32,000 nucleotides of DNA from NCBI RefSeq assembly GCF_016806735.1, contig NZ_CP060530.1, positions 30,001 to 62,000 of the forward strand. Direction: 5' to 3'. Position 1 is the first letter of the stretch. Every line of letters begins with the position of its first letter. The translations under genes were made by a program, and so were the position numbers. The stretch is from Candidatus Micrarchaeum sp. GTDB lineage: Archaea > Micrarchaeota > Micrarchaeia > Micrarchaeales > Micrarchaeaceae. The notes beneath the pieces are model-generated. The model worked only from the letters and a program-made list of their open reading frames with translations, made no database searches and was not told where the DNA came from. Shown piece after piece: positions 22,047 to 32,000 of the stretch.

Positions 22047-23251
22047 AGATAGCAGTAGTTTCAGACATGCACATAGGCTATGAGCGTTTTTATGATGACG
22101 CTTATGAACAGGCGCGCGAAGCACTAGCCAAAGCTGCCGAAATGGCTGATGTAATAGTGCTTCCTGGAGACATATTCGACAAAAGGGCCCCGAAACCAGA
22201 GGTCATCGCGCAGGCATTGAGCCTGTTCAGGGAGCTCAACGGCATCGAATGGAAAACGAAGGTGGAATGGTTCAAGGGACAAGGCAGAGCCTTTTCTTCT
22301 GCACCGATAGTCGCCATATCTGGAACGCACGAGAGGACGGCTGCAGGAAAGGAAAATCCTCTGGGCCTGCTCGCGCTTGCCGGGCTTCTTATAGACGCAA
22401 GCGAATCGCAGGTGTTGCTGGAGAAAGACGGCGAACGCGTGGCTGTTTACGGGCTCGGAGGCTTGTCCGAAGAAAGAGTAGTGGAAAAGTTGAAAGAGCT
22501 TGATCCTAAGCCGGTGGATGGTGCCTTCAACATTTTCATGCTGCACCAGTCCATATACGAGATACTGCCGTTCGACAACTCTTTCATGCACTATGATGAT
22601 CTGCCAAAAGGATTTGATCTGTACTTGTGCGGCCACATACACAGCAGGGTAAAATCAACAGTGCACGGAAAGCTTTTCCTTATACCTGGAAGCACTGTCC
22701 TGACACAGCTCAAGGAAGGGGAGCAGGAAAAGAAGGGATTCATACTTTTCGACACGCAGAAATACAGCTATGAATTTGTTGAGATAGAAAGCAGGCCGTT
22801 CATTGTTAAAAGGCTGGAATTCAAAAACGCCTCGATTGCAGAGATAAGGAAAAAATGCGACGAAGCCATAGCCGAATGCGTTGAGAGAAGCAAGAAAAAG
22901 CCGATAGTGAAGCTCTACCTCGAAGGCACATTTGAGCTTGGAGGCTCCAGCGAGCTGGGCCTAAGGGCCCTGATAATGAAGCATGCAGGAGATGCAATTT
23001 TGGAGATGGATACCTCAGGGCTTAAGGAGCCCGAGATAGAAAAAAGCATAGAGGGAATAAGGGAAAACAGCATAGACAGCATAGGGATAAAGGATATAGG
23101 GATGCAGCTGCTAAGGAGCAGGCTGAAAGAATTGGGCTTCAAGGACGCAATCAACGTCGGAGAGCTCTTCGAGATCCTTTCGGATCAGAAAACTTCGAAA
23201 AAGGAAAAGATAATAGAAAACGCATTGAAGTTCCTGGAAGAGGAACCCTGA
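22043..23251 (+). CDS. mre11: Mre11-type DNA repair nuclease (calcineurin-like metallophosphoesterase)
   Basis: Motifs VVSDMHIGY, LPGDIFD, ISGTHERT, MLHQ and CGHIH are collinear with archaeal Mre11. The start overlaps the DHH stop in ATGA. Confidence 0.8.
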   Translation: MKIAVVSDMHIGYERFYDDAYEQAREALAKAAEMADVIVLPGDIFDKRAPKPEVIAQALSLFRELNGIEWKTKVEWFKGQGRAFSSAPIVAISGTHERTAAGKENPLGLLALAGLLIDASESQVLLEKDGERVAVYGLGGLSEERVVEKLKELDPKPVDGAFNIFMLHQSIYEILPFDNSFMHYDDLPKGFDLYLCGHIHSRVKSTVHGKLFLIPGSTVLTQLKEGEQEKKGFILFDTQKYSYEFVEIESRPFIVKRLEFKNASIAEIRKKCDEAIAECVERSKKKPIVKLYLEGTFELGGSSELGLRALIMKHAGDAILEMDTSGLKEPEIEKSIEGIRENSIDSIGIKDIGMQLLRSRLKELGFKDAINVGELFEILSDQKTSKKEKIIENALKFLEEEP

Positions 23252-23530
23252 TTATTTGTGTTTCGGTGCCTGCGCTGAAATCCCGAGTATCTTGTTTACC
23301 TGATCCTTGTTCTTCGGGTCAACAGTCTCGTTTATGAATTCCAGATGTTTTGTGTTGCATTTGCGCTCCTTCTGGCGCTTAGAGGTTACTATGTTCACAT
23401 AGCCATCCTTGCCTACTGAAGTTATTACAGCCATGCTGCCCGCGTCCCTTCCGAATTTCTTTATGCATACTCTGCCTGGTTCAACCAACATTTGTATCAC
23501 TTTGTAATCGATATTGCTTGTATTTGCCAC
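23252..23530 (-). CDS. rpl14e: 50S ribosomal protein L14e
   Basis: 92 aa with a KOW-like motif EPGRVCIKKFGRDAGSMAVITSV. GTG start. It sits in the position typical of the archaeal cmk-rpl14e cluster. Confidence 0.85.
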   Translation of the reverse strand: MANTSNIDYKVIQMLVEPGRVCIKKFGRDAGSMAVITSVGKDGYVNIVTSKRQKERKCNTKHLEFINETVDPKNKDQVNKILGISAQAPKHK

Positions 23531-23555
23531 TTAACCCTTTTAATTGTTAGCACAA

Positions 23556-24071
23556 CTACTTTTCGCTTGCCTTCGCGGCCAAGCATATTATTTCCGCGCA
23601 TTCCTGCGGAGGTATCTTTCCCGTATTTATGACCATGTCGAATATGGACCTGTCATTCAGGTCTATCCCATATATGCGCTTTATGCTTTTTATCTCGCTC
23701 TGGTCTTTTTCTAGTACCAGCTTTTCGGCTTCAGATAGGTCAATATTGTACGTTTTTGCCCATCTGGCGGAGCGTATTTTTATATCGGCATAAAGCCATA
23801 CCCTGAGCGTCGCATCTTCGACGAACCACGGGGCCAGCCAGGTGCTTAGGACGCACGAGCCCGAAGCTGCGGCCTGCTTTTTAATTTCTTCGTCGAAAGC
23901 CTTCACGAATTCGTCAGATGCGTTGTCGGTGAACTTCGCGACTTCCAGCTCGTTCTCCACATATTCCTTGTAGGATTTGTGTATGTGCGCTATTCCGAGC
24001 TTTTGTGAAACCAGATCAGCCGCAGTGGTCTTTCCGCTGGAGGTAAAACCTGATATGCATACTTTGATCAT
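23556..24071 (-). CDS. cmk: Cytidylate kinase, archaeal type
   Basis: P-loop ISGFTSSGKTT at the N-terminus. The segment LRVWLYADIKIRSARWAKTYNIDLSEAEKLVLEKDQSEIKSIKRIYGIDLNDRSIFDMVINT is collinear with archaeal Cmk. I prefer ATG 24071 over the track's TTG 24089. Confidence 0.8.
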   Translation of the reverse strand: MIKVCISGFTSSGKTTAADLVSQKLGIAHIHKSYKEYVENELEVAKFTDNASDEFVKAFDEEIKKQAAASGSCVLSTWLAPWFVEDATLRVWLYADIKIRSARWAKTYNIDLSEAEKLVLEKDQSEIKSIKRIYGIDLNDRSIFDMVINTGKIPPQECAEIICLAAKASEK

Positions 24072-24075
24072 AGCG

Positions 24076-24402
24076 TCAGTGGGCGACAAGCTGCAGAACG
24101 TAGGACCTTTGCCTTATTCCTATGTCGTTGAGCTTCATGTCTCCCTGCTCTACCCTGCTCCTGAGCTTAACCACTTCTGCAGTGCATGAAGCGCATAGAA
24201 CGCCTCCGAAGAGCCTGCTGTTGGTCCTCCTTGTCTTTGGGCCTTTTTGAGATATGCCGTTGAGCTCCTGGCCGCATATCGCGCAGTGGGGCATCATGTC
24301 CTTTCCGCGCTTGTAGTGGGTTACCGTTCTCTTAGAGTTTGTTACCCTTTGTACCTTTTTGAAACTATGAGACCTGTGCATGGGCTTTGGCAAATTAAAC
24401 AC
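24076..24402 (-). CDS. rpl34e: 50S ribosomal protein L34e
   Basis: The segment PKPMHRSHSFKKVQRVTNSKRTVTHYKRGKDMMPHCAICGQELNGI matches the L34e pattern. The start is uncertain (GTG 24402, TTG 24393 or ATG 24381). Confidence 0.9.
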   Translation of the reverse strand: MFNLPKPMHRSHSFKKVQRVTNSKRTVTHYKRGKDMMPHCAICGQELNGISQKGPKTRRTNSRLFGGVLCASCTAEVVKLRSRVEQGDMKLNDIGIRQRSYVLQLVAH

Positions 24403-24449
24403 CTTTTAAGCAACTTAATAGAGTAAAGGAAATTTTATTGAAAAACTAT

Positions 24450-24974
24450 TTATGTGTTTGTACCTGATTCCGCTGCTTCGGCGGCGGCTATTGCCTGCCG
24501 CTCCAGCTTCGTTTTCTTTCTGTCGTATATCATTATTATTATAGAGGTAGCTATTCCCAAAATGAAAACGCAGGCGAAGAAAACCCCCAGATAATTGAGC
24601 TTCATCGAGCCGAGGAAAAGCACATATTCGTTGGCTATTGAGTGGAATGTGGTTGGAAGAACAAGGTAATAAAGCAGGAAGAATACCGGAAGTATGACCA
24701 GCATTGGCTTTATGGATGTCTTCATGTTCTCGCTCATTAGTGGCATGAGCTCGCTCTGCTTCTTGGCAATCTCCTCCTTCGGCGCATTCGACTTTACGAG
24801 CTGATTCAGCTCTTTTGACAGTGCATTCATGCGCTGCTGGAGCTCCCTCATCTTCTTTGGATTCCCTACTTTGCGCTGCGCAAACGTAGAGAAAGCCACA
24901 TAGGCTATGCCTATGGCTATAATTATTATTACTGTGCCCATGGGCATCAGCGCGTTAAGAGTTACTGCGGTCAT
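24450..24974 (-). CDS. DUF106 / EMC3-like membrane protein (archaeal YidC/Oxa1-like insertase)
   Basis: 174 aa. TM1 is followed by a basic coiled-coil region (KKMRELQQRMNALSKELNQLVKSNAPKEEIAKKQSELMPLMSENMK), then two more hydrophobic helices. It occupies the conserved position between adk and cmk in archaea. Confidence 0.7.
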   Translation of the reverse strand: MTAVTLNALMPMGTVIIIIAIGIAYVAFSTFAQRKVGNPKKMRELQQRMNALSKELNQLVKSNAPKEEIAKKQSELMPLMSENMKTSIKPMLVILPVFFLLYYLVLPTTFHSIANEYVLFLGSMKLNYLGVFFACVFILGIATSIIIMIYDRKKTKLERQAIAAAEAAESGTNT

Positions 24975-25566
24975 GATATTCGCTATTTTCGGTTATGTCC
25001 TTTATGAAGCTCTTGAAATCCGCTTTTGCGTCCTCGAGCTTGCCTTCCTTGTTGTGCAGTATGTAAACGGGTATATCGTATGTCGATCCGTAAAGCGTCA
25101 CTACGGAGAGATTGAGATGGCGTTGAAGGTTCAATATCTCCTCGTCGTCGTTTTCTCTTTTCCTTACTGTGTCTGTCAAGCGGCGCTTTATAAGCTCCTC
25201 GGGACTGGCGTCGACATATATTATGCCGCGTATGTTTCCCATATACTGCAGATCATTTATTGGCAGTCCAAATATAAATTTATTTCCTTTTTCTACAGTG
25301 GCATGTGTATCGACTATCACTGTTCCTTTCATTTTTGCTATCCTGCCGAATGCCGCCTTTCTGAGCTCCCTTATCTTCTCTGTAGGTAGATACCTAAGCC
25401 TGTCCCTAGGTATGTTTTGCGATTTTACCTCTTCGGCCATCAGCGTGCCTATGTTTACGACTTCGAAGTTCTGGATTTCGGCGTTGACGCTGTTTATAAG
25501 GGTTGTTTTCCCTGCTCCCGGAGAACCAAGAACGAGTATTATTATGTTTTCGGGATTATGTTCCAT
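24955..25566 (-). CDS. adkA: Adenylate kinase, archaeal type
   Basis: Motifs IIILVLGSPGAGKTT, VIVDTHATVEKGNKFIFGLP and PEELIKRRLTDTVRKRE. ATG is at 25566; an in-frame GTG at 25575 is also possible. Confidence 0.85.
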   Translation of the reverse strand: MEHNPENIIILVLGSPGAGKTTLINSVNAEIQNFEVVNIGTLMAEEVKSQNIPRDRLRYLPTEKIRELRKAAFGRIAKMKGTVIVDTHATVEKGNKFIFGLPINDLQYMGNIRGIIYVDASPEELIKRRLTDTVRKRENDDEEILNLQRHLNLSVVTLYGSTYDIPVYILHNKEGKLEDAKADFKSFIKDITENSEYHDRSNS

Positions 25567-25630
25567 CGGATGCACATTTGTGTTTCGGGTTTCGGATTTA
25601 AAATGTTTTGCGTGGAGGTCAACACAAGCT

Positions 25631-25668
25631 TAAAAAAGAAAAATAAAAGGCACGGGCTCATAGCCCGT
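25631..25668 (-). terminator. Hairpin plus T-tract terminator candidate downstream of the thermosome gene
   Basis: On the minus strand, ACGGGC-TATGA-GCCCGT (25652-25668) is followed by GCCTTTTATTTTTCTTTTTT. The hairpin lies 18 nt after the stop codon. Confidence 0.5.
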
Positions 25669-25685
25669 TACCTATCAAGTGCCGT

Positions 25686-27335
25686 TTATTCCATGGGTGG
25701 CATTCCCGGTGCTCCGCCCTGGCCTCCTGGAGATCTTCCCCTGGAGCTGATTATGTCGTCTATCCTTAGGATCATCTCAGCGGCCTCGCTCGCACTGTAT
25801 ATGGATTGCACTTTCATCTTTTCCGGCTCGAACACTCCCGCCTTGGTCATGTCGCCTATCGCGTTCCTGTATACGTCCACGCCGTATATCTTGCCATCCT
25901 TCGCCTTGTGCTTGCTCCTGAGCTGCACCAGCGTGTCTATGGCATCTATTCCGGCGCTTTCCGCAAGTGTTTTCGGTATGCCTTCAAGCGCATCTGCGAA
26001 TTTCTGTATCGCAAGCTGCTCGCGACCTCCTACCTGGCCAGAATAGTTTCTGAGCTCATCAGCAATGTCTATTTCTATGCTGCCGCCGCCGATGACGTAT
26101 CTCCCATCATTTTCGATAGTGGCTGATACCGCACCTATTACGTCGTTGAGCGAGCGCTCCGCTTCGTCTATTACCTGCTGCGTGCCTCCCCTTACGAATA
26201 TCGTTACGCTCTTCGGGTCCTTGCACTTTTCGACGAAGACCATCTGTTCTCCGGCTATCTTGCGCTCCTCGACTATTCCTGCATGGCCCAAATCCTCCGA
26301 GTTTAGGTCGTCCAGGCTTGTTATTATCTTGGCGCCTGTTGCCTTCGAAAGCTTCTCTATGTCGCTCTTCTTGACCCTCCTTACGGCCATTATTCCCGCC
26401 TTGGCTAGGTAGTGCTGCGCCATGTCGTCTATTCCCTTCTGCGTTACGACAAAGTTTGCGCCGCTCTTCTTGACCTTTTCGACCATTTCCTTGAGCATGC
26501 GTTCCTCCTGCTGCAGGTATGACTGTATCTGGTCTGGCGACGTTATTTCTATCTTGGCATCGGTTTCTGTCTTCTCAATCTCCAGAGCCACGTCAAGAAG
26601 CGCTATCTTTGCGTTCGTGAGCGACTTAGGCATTCCCGGGTGTGCCACTTCCTTGTCTATCAACACGCCGTTTATCAATGCAGTGTCTGCTATGCTGCCT
26701 CCGGCTTTCTTCTCTACTTTTATGAAGTCGTGATCTATGCGGTATTTGCCGTCCTGGGTCTTTTCCATAACCTGCTTCACAGCTTTTATTACCAGCTTTG
26801 ATATCTGGGCCTTTGTGCTGTCGTCGCCTATATTCTTTGAGCCCATGGATACCATTGCGATTTTCTGCAGCGTCTGCTCGTCGCTTATTTCCACACTCTT
26901 TGAGTACTTGGAAAGTATTTCGGCAGCTTTGCCCGCGGCCATTTTGTAGCCCTTTATTATTATCGTCGGATGTATTCCCTGCTCCAGAAGGTCTTCCGCA
27001 CCCTTGAGCAATCCGCCTGCTGTTATTATCACGCTAGTAGTTCCGTCTCCGACCTCCCTGTCCTGCGTCTTTGCGACGTCGACCAGTATCTTTGCCACTG
27101 GGTGCTCGACGTTCATTTCCTCGAGTATTGTGGCGCCGTCGTTCGTTATTACTATGTCTCCGAGATCGCTTACCAGCATCTTGTCCATCCCTTTTGGACC
27201 CAGAGTCGTTTTTACGGCGTTTGCAACTGCAACCGCAACTGCAATGTTCGTCCTTTGCGCGTCCCTGCCCAAAAGCCTGGATGCTCCTTCCGGGAGCAGC
27301 AATACCTGCTGTCCGCCCATATTGTTTTCTGCCAT
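25686..27335 (-). CDS. ths: Thermosome subunit (group II chaperonin)
   Basis: 549 aa. Motifs [22 protein letters not shown] and EVGDGTTS, plus a C-terminal [13 protein letters not shown] tail. Confidence 0.97.
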   Translation of the reverse strand: MAENNMGGQQVLLLPEGASRLLGRDAQRTNIAVAVAVANAVKTTLGPKGMDKMLVSDLGDIVITNDGATILEEMNVEHPVAKILVDVAKTQDREVGDGTTSVIITAGGLLKGAEDLLEQGIHPTIIIKGYKMAAGKAAEILSKYSKSVEISDEQTLQKIAMVSMGSKNIGDDSTKAQISKLVIKAVKQVMEKTQDGKYRIDHDFIKVEKKAGGSIADTALINGVLIDKEVAHPGMPKSLTNAKIALLDVALEIEKTETDAKIEITSPDQIQSYLQQEERMLKEMVEKVKKSGANFVVTQKGIDDMAQHYLAKAGIMAVRRVKKSDIEKLSKATGAKIITSLDDLNSEDLGHAGIVEERKIAGEQMVFVEKCKDPKSVTIFVRGGTQQVIDEAERSLNDVIGAVSATIENDGRYVIGGGSIEIDIADELRNYSGQVGGREQLAIQKFADALEGIPKTLAESAGIDAIDTLVQLRSKHKAKDGKIYGVDVYRNAIGDMTKAGVFEPEKMKVQSIYSASEAAEMILRIDDIISSRGRSPGGQGGAPGMPPME

Positions 27336-27472
27336 GTTATCACTTTGTTTTTAGTATTATTTCTAGCTATTTTGCACTTGATTTCCGGACCTTTGCGATA
27401 CAAACAGTTGTCCAAAAACATTTTGCATATATATGTATTCGTATATTATCACGATTAAGTATTTATAGTTTA

Positions 27473-27506
27473 TGCATGTTGGGCATGCAAAGCGCCGCAC
27501 GTGCGG
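27473..27506. promoter_or_regulatory. GC-rich palindromic element: TGCATG-n5-CATGCA followed by the 12-bp palindrome CCGCACGTGCGG
   Basis: Read directly from the sequence. It lies in the AT-rich 299-nt divergent thermosome/gyrB intergenic region. The inverted repeat is at 27473-27489 and the perfect palindrome is at 27495-27506. Confidence 0.4.
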
Positions 27507-27548
27507 ATTGTGCCGATTTTGCCGGAAAAGTCGACTTTACCAAAAGGG

Positions 27549-27563
27549 TTTTAAATATAAAAT
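27549..27563 (+). promoter_or_regulatory. TATA-like box (TTTTAAATATAAAAT) upstream of gyrB
   Basis: Strongly AT-rich box about 75 nt upstream of ATG 27635. A second candidate, TAATATTTT, is at about 27589-27597. Confidence 0.3.
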
Positions 27564-27580
27564 CCCAATAGATATCGTAA

Positions 27581-29539
<1,959 letters not shown>

Positions 29540-29544
29540 TATTG

Positions 29545-32000
29545 ATGGCAGAAAACAACAACGCTTACGACAGCAGAAATCTCGAGGTATCGATAGAGGG
29601 AGAAATGCAGAGCAGCTACATCGATTACGCGATGAGCGTCATAATAGGCAGGGCCCTACCGGATGCCAGGGACGGGCTTAAGCCTGCGCAGAGAAGGATA
29701 CTTTACGCAATGTACATGCTCAAGAACACCCATGAGCAGGCAACCAAGAAGAGCGCCAGGATTGTCGGAGAGGTAATAGGAAAGTACCATCCGCACGGCG
29801 ATGCTGCAGTATACGAGACGCTGGTCAGGATGGCGCAGGATTTCTCAATGAACCACATGCTGGTAGAAGGACAGGGAAACATGGGTTCCATCGACGGAGA
29901 TCCTGCGGCCGCGCAGAGGTACACCGAAGTAAGGCTCAGAAGGCTTGCCGAGGAAATGCTCGAAGACCTTGACAAGAAAGCCGTGCCGTTCATACCAAAT
30001 TTCGACAATACCGAGGAAGAGCCATCAGTGCTGCCTTCCAAGGTGCCGAATCTAATGATAAACGGCTCTTCTGGAATAGCGGTTGGCGTTGCGACAAACA
30101 TACTGCCGCACAATCTGGGAGAGGTGTGCGACGCCATAATGGCTTACATAGCGAATCCCGAAATAGCGCCGATTGACCTTATGGGTTATATCAAAGGCCC
30201 GGATTTCCCGACAGGAGGCATAGCGTTTATGAGCCCGGAGCTCAAAAGGTCCTACCTTGCAGGAAGGGGAAGCGTTATACTCAGGGGCAAGGCAGAACTT
30301 GAAGAAGGGCACAGGCTAAGGCAGTTCGTCATAAGCGAGATACCCTACACGGTCAACAAGAGCACGCTCGTGGCCAAGATAGCCGAGCTTGGAAAGCAGA
30401 AGCTTATAGACGGCATGAGCACGGTGAGGGACGAGAGCGACAAGAAAGGCATGAGAGTAGTCATAGAGCTCAAGCAGGATGCCAATCCCGACGTAGTGCT
30501 AAACCAGCTTTACAAGCATACGCAGATGCAGATAACCCTGCCCGTAATGAACATAGCAGTTATGGGCAACAGGCTGCTTACGCTCAACATACGCGATTTC
30601 ATAAAGGTGTTCGTGGAGCACAGGATGGAGGTCATACGCGCCAGGACCAGGTACGACCTTGGCGTCGCAACAGACAGGCGCCACATAGTGGAAGGACTGC
30701 TTATTGCGCTTAAGGACATTGACGGTGTCATATCCATAATAAAGGCGAGCTCCGACACGAGGGAGGCAAGGGAAACGTTGATGGGCAACTACAGCATAAG
30801 CGAGAAGCAGGCAAATGCTATACTCGACATGAAGCTCGCCAGGCTTACAAGGCTGGAGACTACCTCACTTGAGGCCGAAAAAAGCGAGCTGGACAAGAGC
30901 ATAAGCTACTACAACAGCGTCCTCGAAAACGAATCCATGGTCTACGGAATAATAAAGGAGGAGACGCTAACGCTCAAGGACAAATACGCAATACCGCGCA
31001 GGACCGAAATAGTGGAGGACGAAGCGCTCAGCATAGAGAATGAGGACCTCATAAAGGACTATCCGTGCGTTGTCTTGATAACAAACAAGGGCTACATGAA
31101 AAGGCTTGACATGGACGCTTACAAGAGCCAGGCCAGGGGAGGCAAGGGAGTCATAACCATGGAGCTCAAGGATGAGGATTTTGTCAGGCAGAGCCTGCAG
31201 TGCATGTCCAAGGACTTCCTGCTTGCCATAACCAACAAGGGCAGGGCATACTGGCTAAAGGCCTATGCGGTGCCCGAGGGCGGCAGATACGGCTCAGGAA
31301 AGGCAGCGGCGAACATGTTCGCCCTTGGAACCGAAGAAAGGATAGAAAAGATAGTCAACACAAGGGAGTTCGAAGGCAAGTACATAAACTTCGTCACCAG
31401 CTCCGGGATAATAAAAAGGAGCATGGCTTCCCTATATTCAAGGCCGCGCTCAACAGGAATCATAGCGCTAAACATAAACGAAGGGGATTCCATAGCCGAG
31501 GTCTGCGTTTCCGATGGCGCTTCGGACATCTTCGTGGCAACCTCCAGCGGCAAGGCAATAAGGTTCAAGGAGACCGACGCCAGGCCTGTAGGCAGGAATG
31601 CTACAGGAGTCAGGGCCATAAGGCTCAGAAAGGGCGACAAGGTGGTAAACGCAGTAGCGGTGAAGGACGATTCCCTTGTTGCGAGCGTAACCGCAAAGGG
31701 CTACGGCAAGATAACTGAGATTGGAAAGTACAGGCTTCAGCACAGGGGAGGCAAGGGAATAATAAACCTGAAGGTAAACGAAAAGACCGGCAACGTAGTA
31801 AAGGCGCTCTCCTGCGGCATTGATGACAGCATAATACTGGTAAATTCGGCAGGGCTCTCTATACAGTTCAACGCTTCGGAGGTCAGGCAGAGCGGCAGGA
31901 GCGCCAGCGGTGTCAGGCTGATGAGGCTGGAAGAGAATACAATAGTAGTGGACGCCCAGGCAATAAAGAGGCAGGATGAAGAAGATGCCGCAGAATCAGG
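29545..32000 (+). CDS. gyrA: DNA gyrase subunit A, 3' end outside the window (absent from the ORF track because no stop is reached)
   Basis: ATG at 29545. Frame 1 appears open to the window end; I checked the start, the QRDR and the last about 80 nt by hand. Motifs [49 protein letters not shown] and the active-site [10 protein letters not shown] are present. The last complete codon ends at 31998. Confidence 0.97.
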   Translation, partial: MAENNNAYDSRNLEVSIEGEMQSSYIDYAMSVIIGRALPDARDGLKPAQRRILYAMYMLKNTHEQATKKSARIVGEVIGKYHPHGDAAVYETLVRMAQDFSMNHMLVEGQGNMGSIDGDPAAAQRYTEVRLRRLAEEMLEDLDKKAVPFIPNFDNTEEEPSVLPSKVPNLMINGSSGIAVGVATNILPHNLGEVCDAIMAYIANPEIAPIDLMGYIKGPDFPTGGIAFMSPELKRSYLAGRGSVILRGKAELEEGHRLRQFVISEIPYTVNKSTLVAKIAELGKQKLIDGMSTVRDESDKKGMRVVIELKQDANPDVVLNQLYKHTQMQITLPVMNIAVMGNRLLTLNIRDFIKVFVEHRMEVIRARTRYDLGVATDRRHIVEGLLIALKDIDGVISIIKASSDTREARETLMGNYSISEKQANAILDMKLARLTRLETTSLEAEKSELDKSISYYNSVLENESMVYGIIKEETLTLKDKYAIPRRTEIVEDEALSIENEDLIKDYPCVVLITNKGYMKRLDMDAYKSQARGGKGVITMELKDEDFVRQSLQCMSKDFLLAITNKGRAYWLKAYAVPEGGRYGSGKAAANMFALGTEERIEKIVNTREFEGKYINFVTSSGIIKRSMASLYSRPRSTGIIALNINEGDSIAEVCVSDGASDIFVATSSGKAIRFKETDARPVGRNATGVRAIRLRKGDKVVNAVAVKDDSLVASVTAKGYGKITEIGKYRLQHRGGKGIINLKVNEKTGNVVKALSCGIDDSIILVNSAGLSIQFNASEVRQSGRSASGVRLMRLEENTIVVDAQAIKRQDEEDAAES

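Overview
This is a very compact archaeal chromosomal segment. I call 33 protein-coding genes (two cut by the window edges) and one tRNA-Lys(CUU). I saw no rRNA, CRISPR array, transposase or integrase. By my coordinate tally only about 1.1 kb of the 32 kb lies outside a called gene. Archaeal identity is supported by a thermosome, prefoldin beta, ribosomal proteins L14e and L34e, archaeal-type adenylate and cytidylate kinases, a DTD2-type D-aminoacyl-tRNA deacylase, diphthine synthase and a tRNA-splicing endonuclease. The endonuclease is a single 390-aa chain that looks like three units. To my knowledge that architecture is described only from ARMAN-type ultrasmall acidophilic archaea (Micrarchaeota/DPANN), so I infer, but cannot prove, such an origin. 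Gene order, left to right: (1) PAP2 phosphatase fragment, DUF929 thioredoxin-like protein, sulfatase-fold enzyme, GT4 glycosyltransferase, flippase-like permease; (2) SSB, Mrp-like ATPase, AmmeMemoRadiSam radical SAM enzyme, His-rich metal-transporter-like protein, VKOR, HD phosphohydrolase; (3) tRNA-Lys, a hypothetical protein, EndA, diphthine synthase, Lhr helicase, a glycosylated surface protein, DtdA; (4) an RNHCP zinc protein, nuoABCD, prefoldin beta, a DHH phosphoesterase, Mre11; (5) L14e, Cmk, L34e, a DUF106 insertase, Adk, thermosome; (6) gyrB and gyrA. I do not see a convincing wholly new multi-gene system or a defence-island signature. The best leads are: the three-unit EndA; a membrane-anchored, sequon-rich surface protein whose N-terminal domain carries glutamic-peptidase (G1/eqolisin)-like motifs; a translationally coupled pfdB-DHH-mre11 unit without rad50 and with an altered Mre11 metal motif; an isolated nuoABCD module; an Mrp-family ATPase lacking its CXXC motif; a VKOR plus DUF929 candidate disulfide system; and a GC-rich palindromic element in the only long intergenic region. 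All family calls come from motif recognition by eye, and no database search was run.
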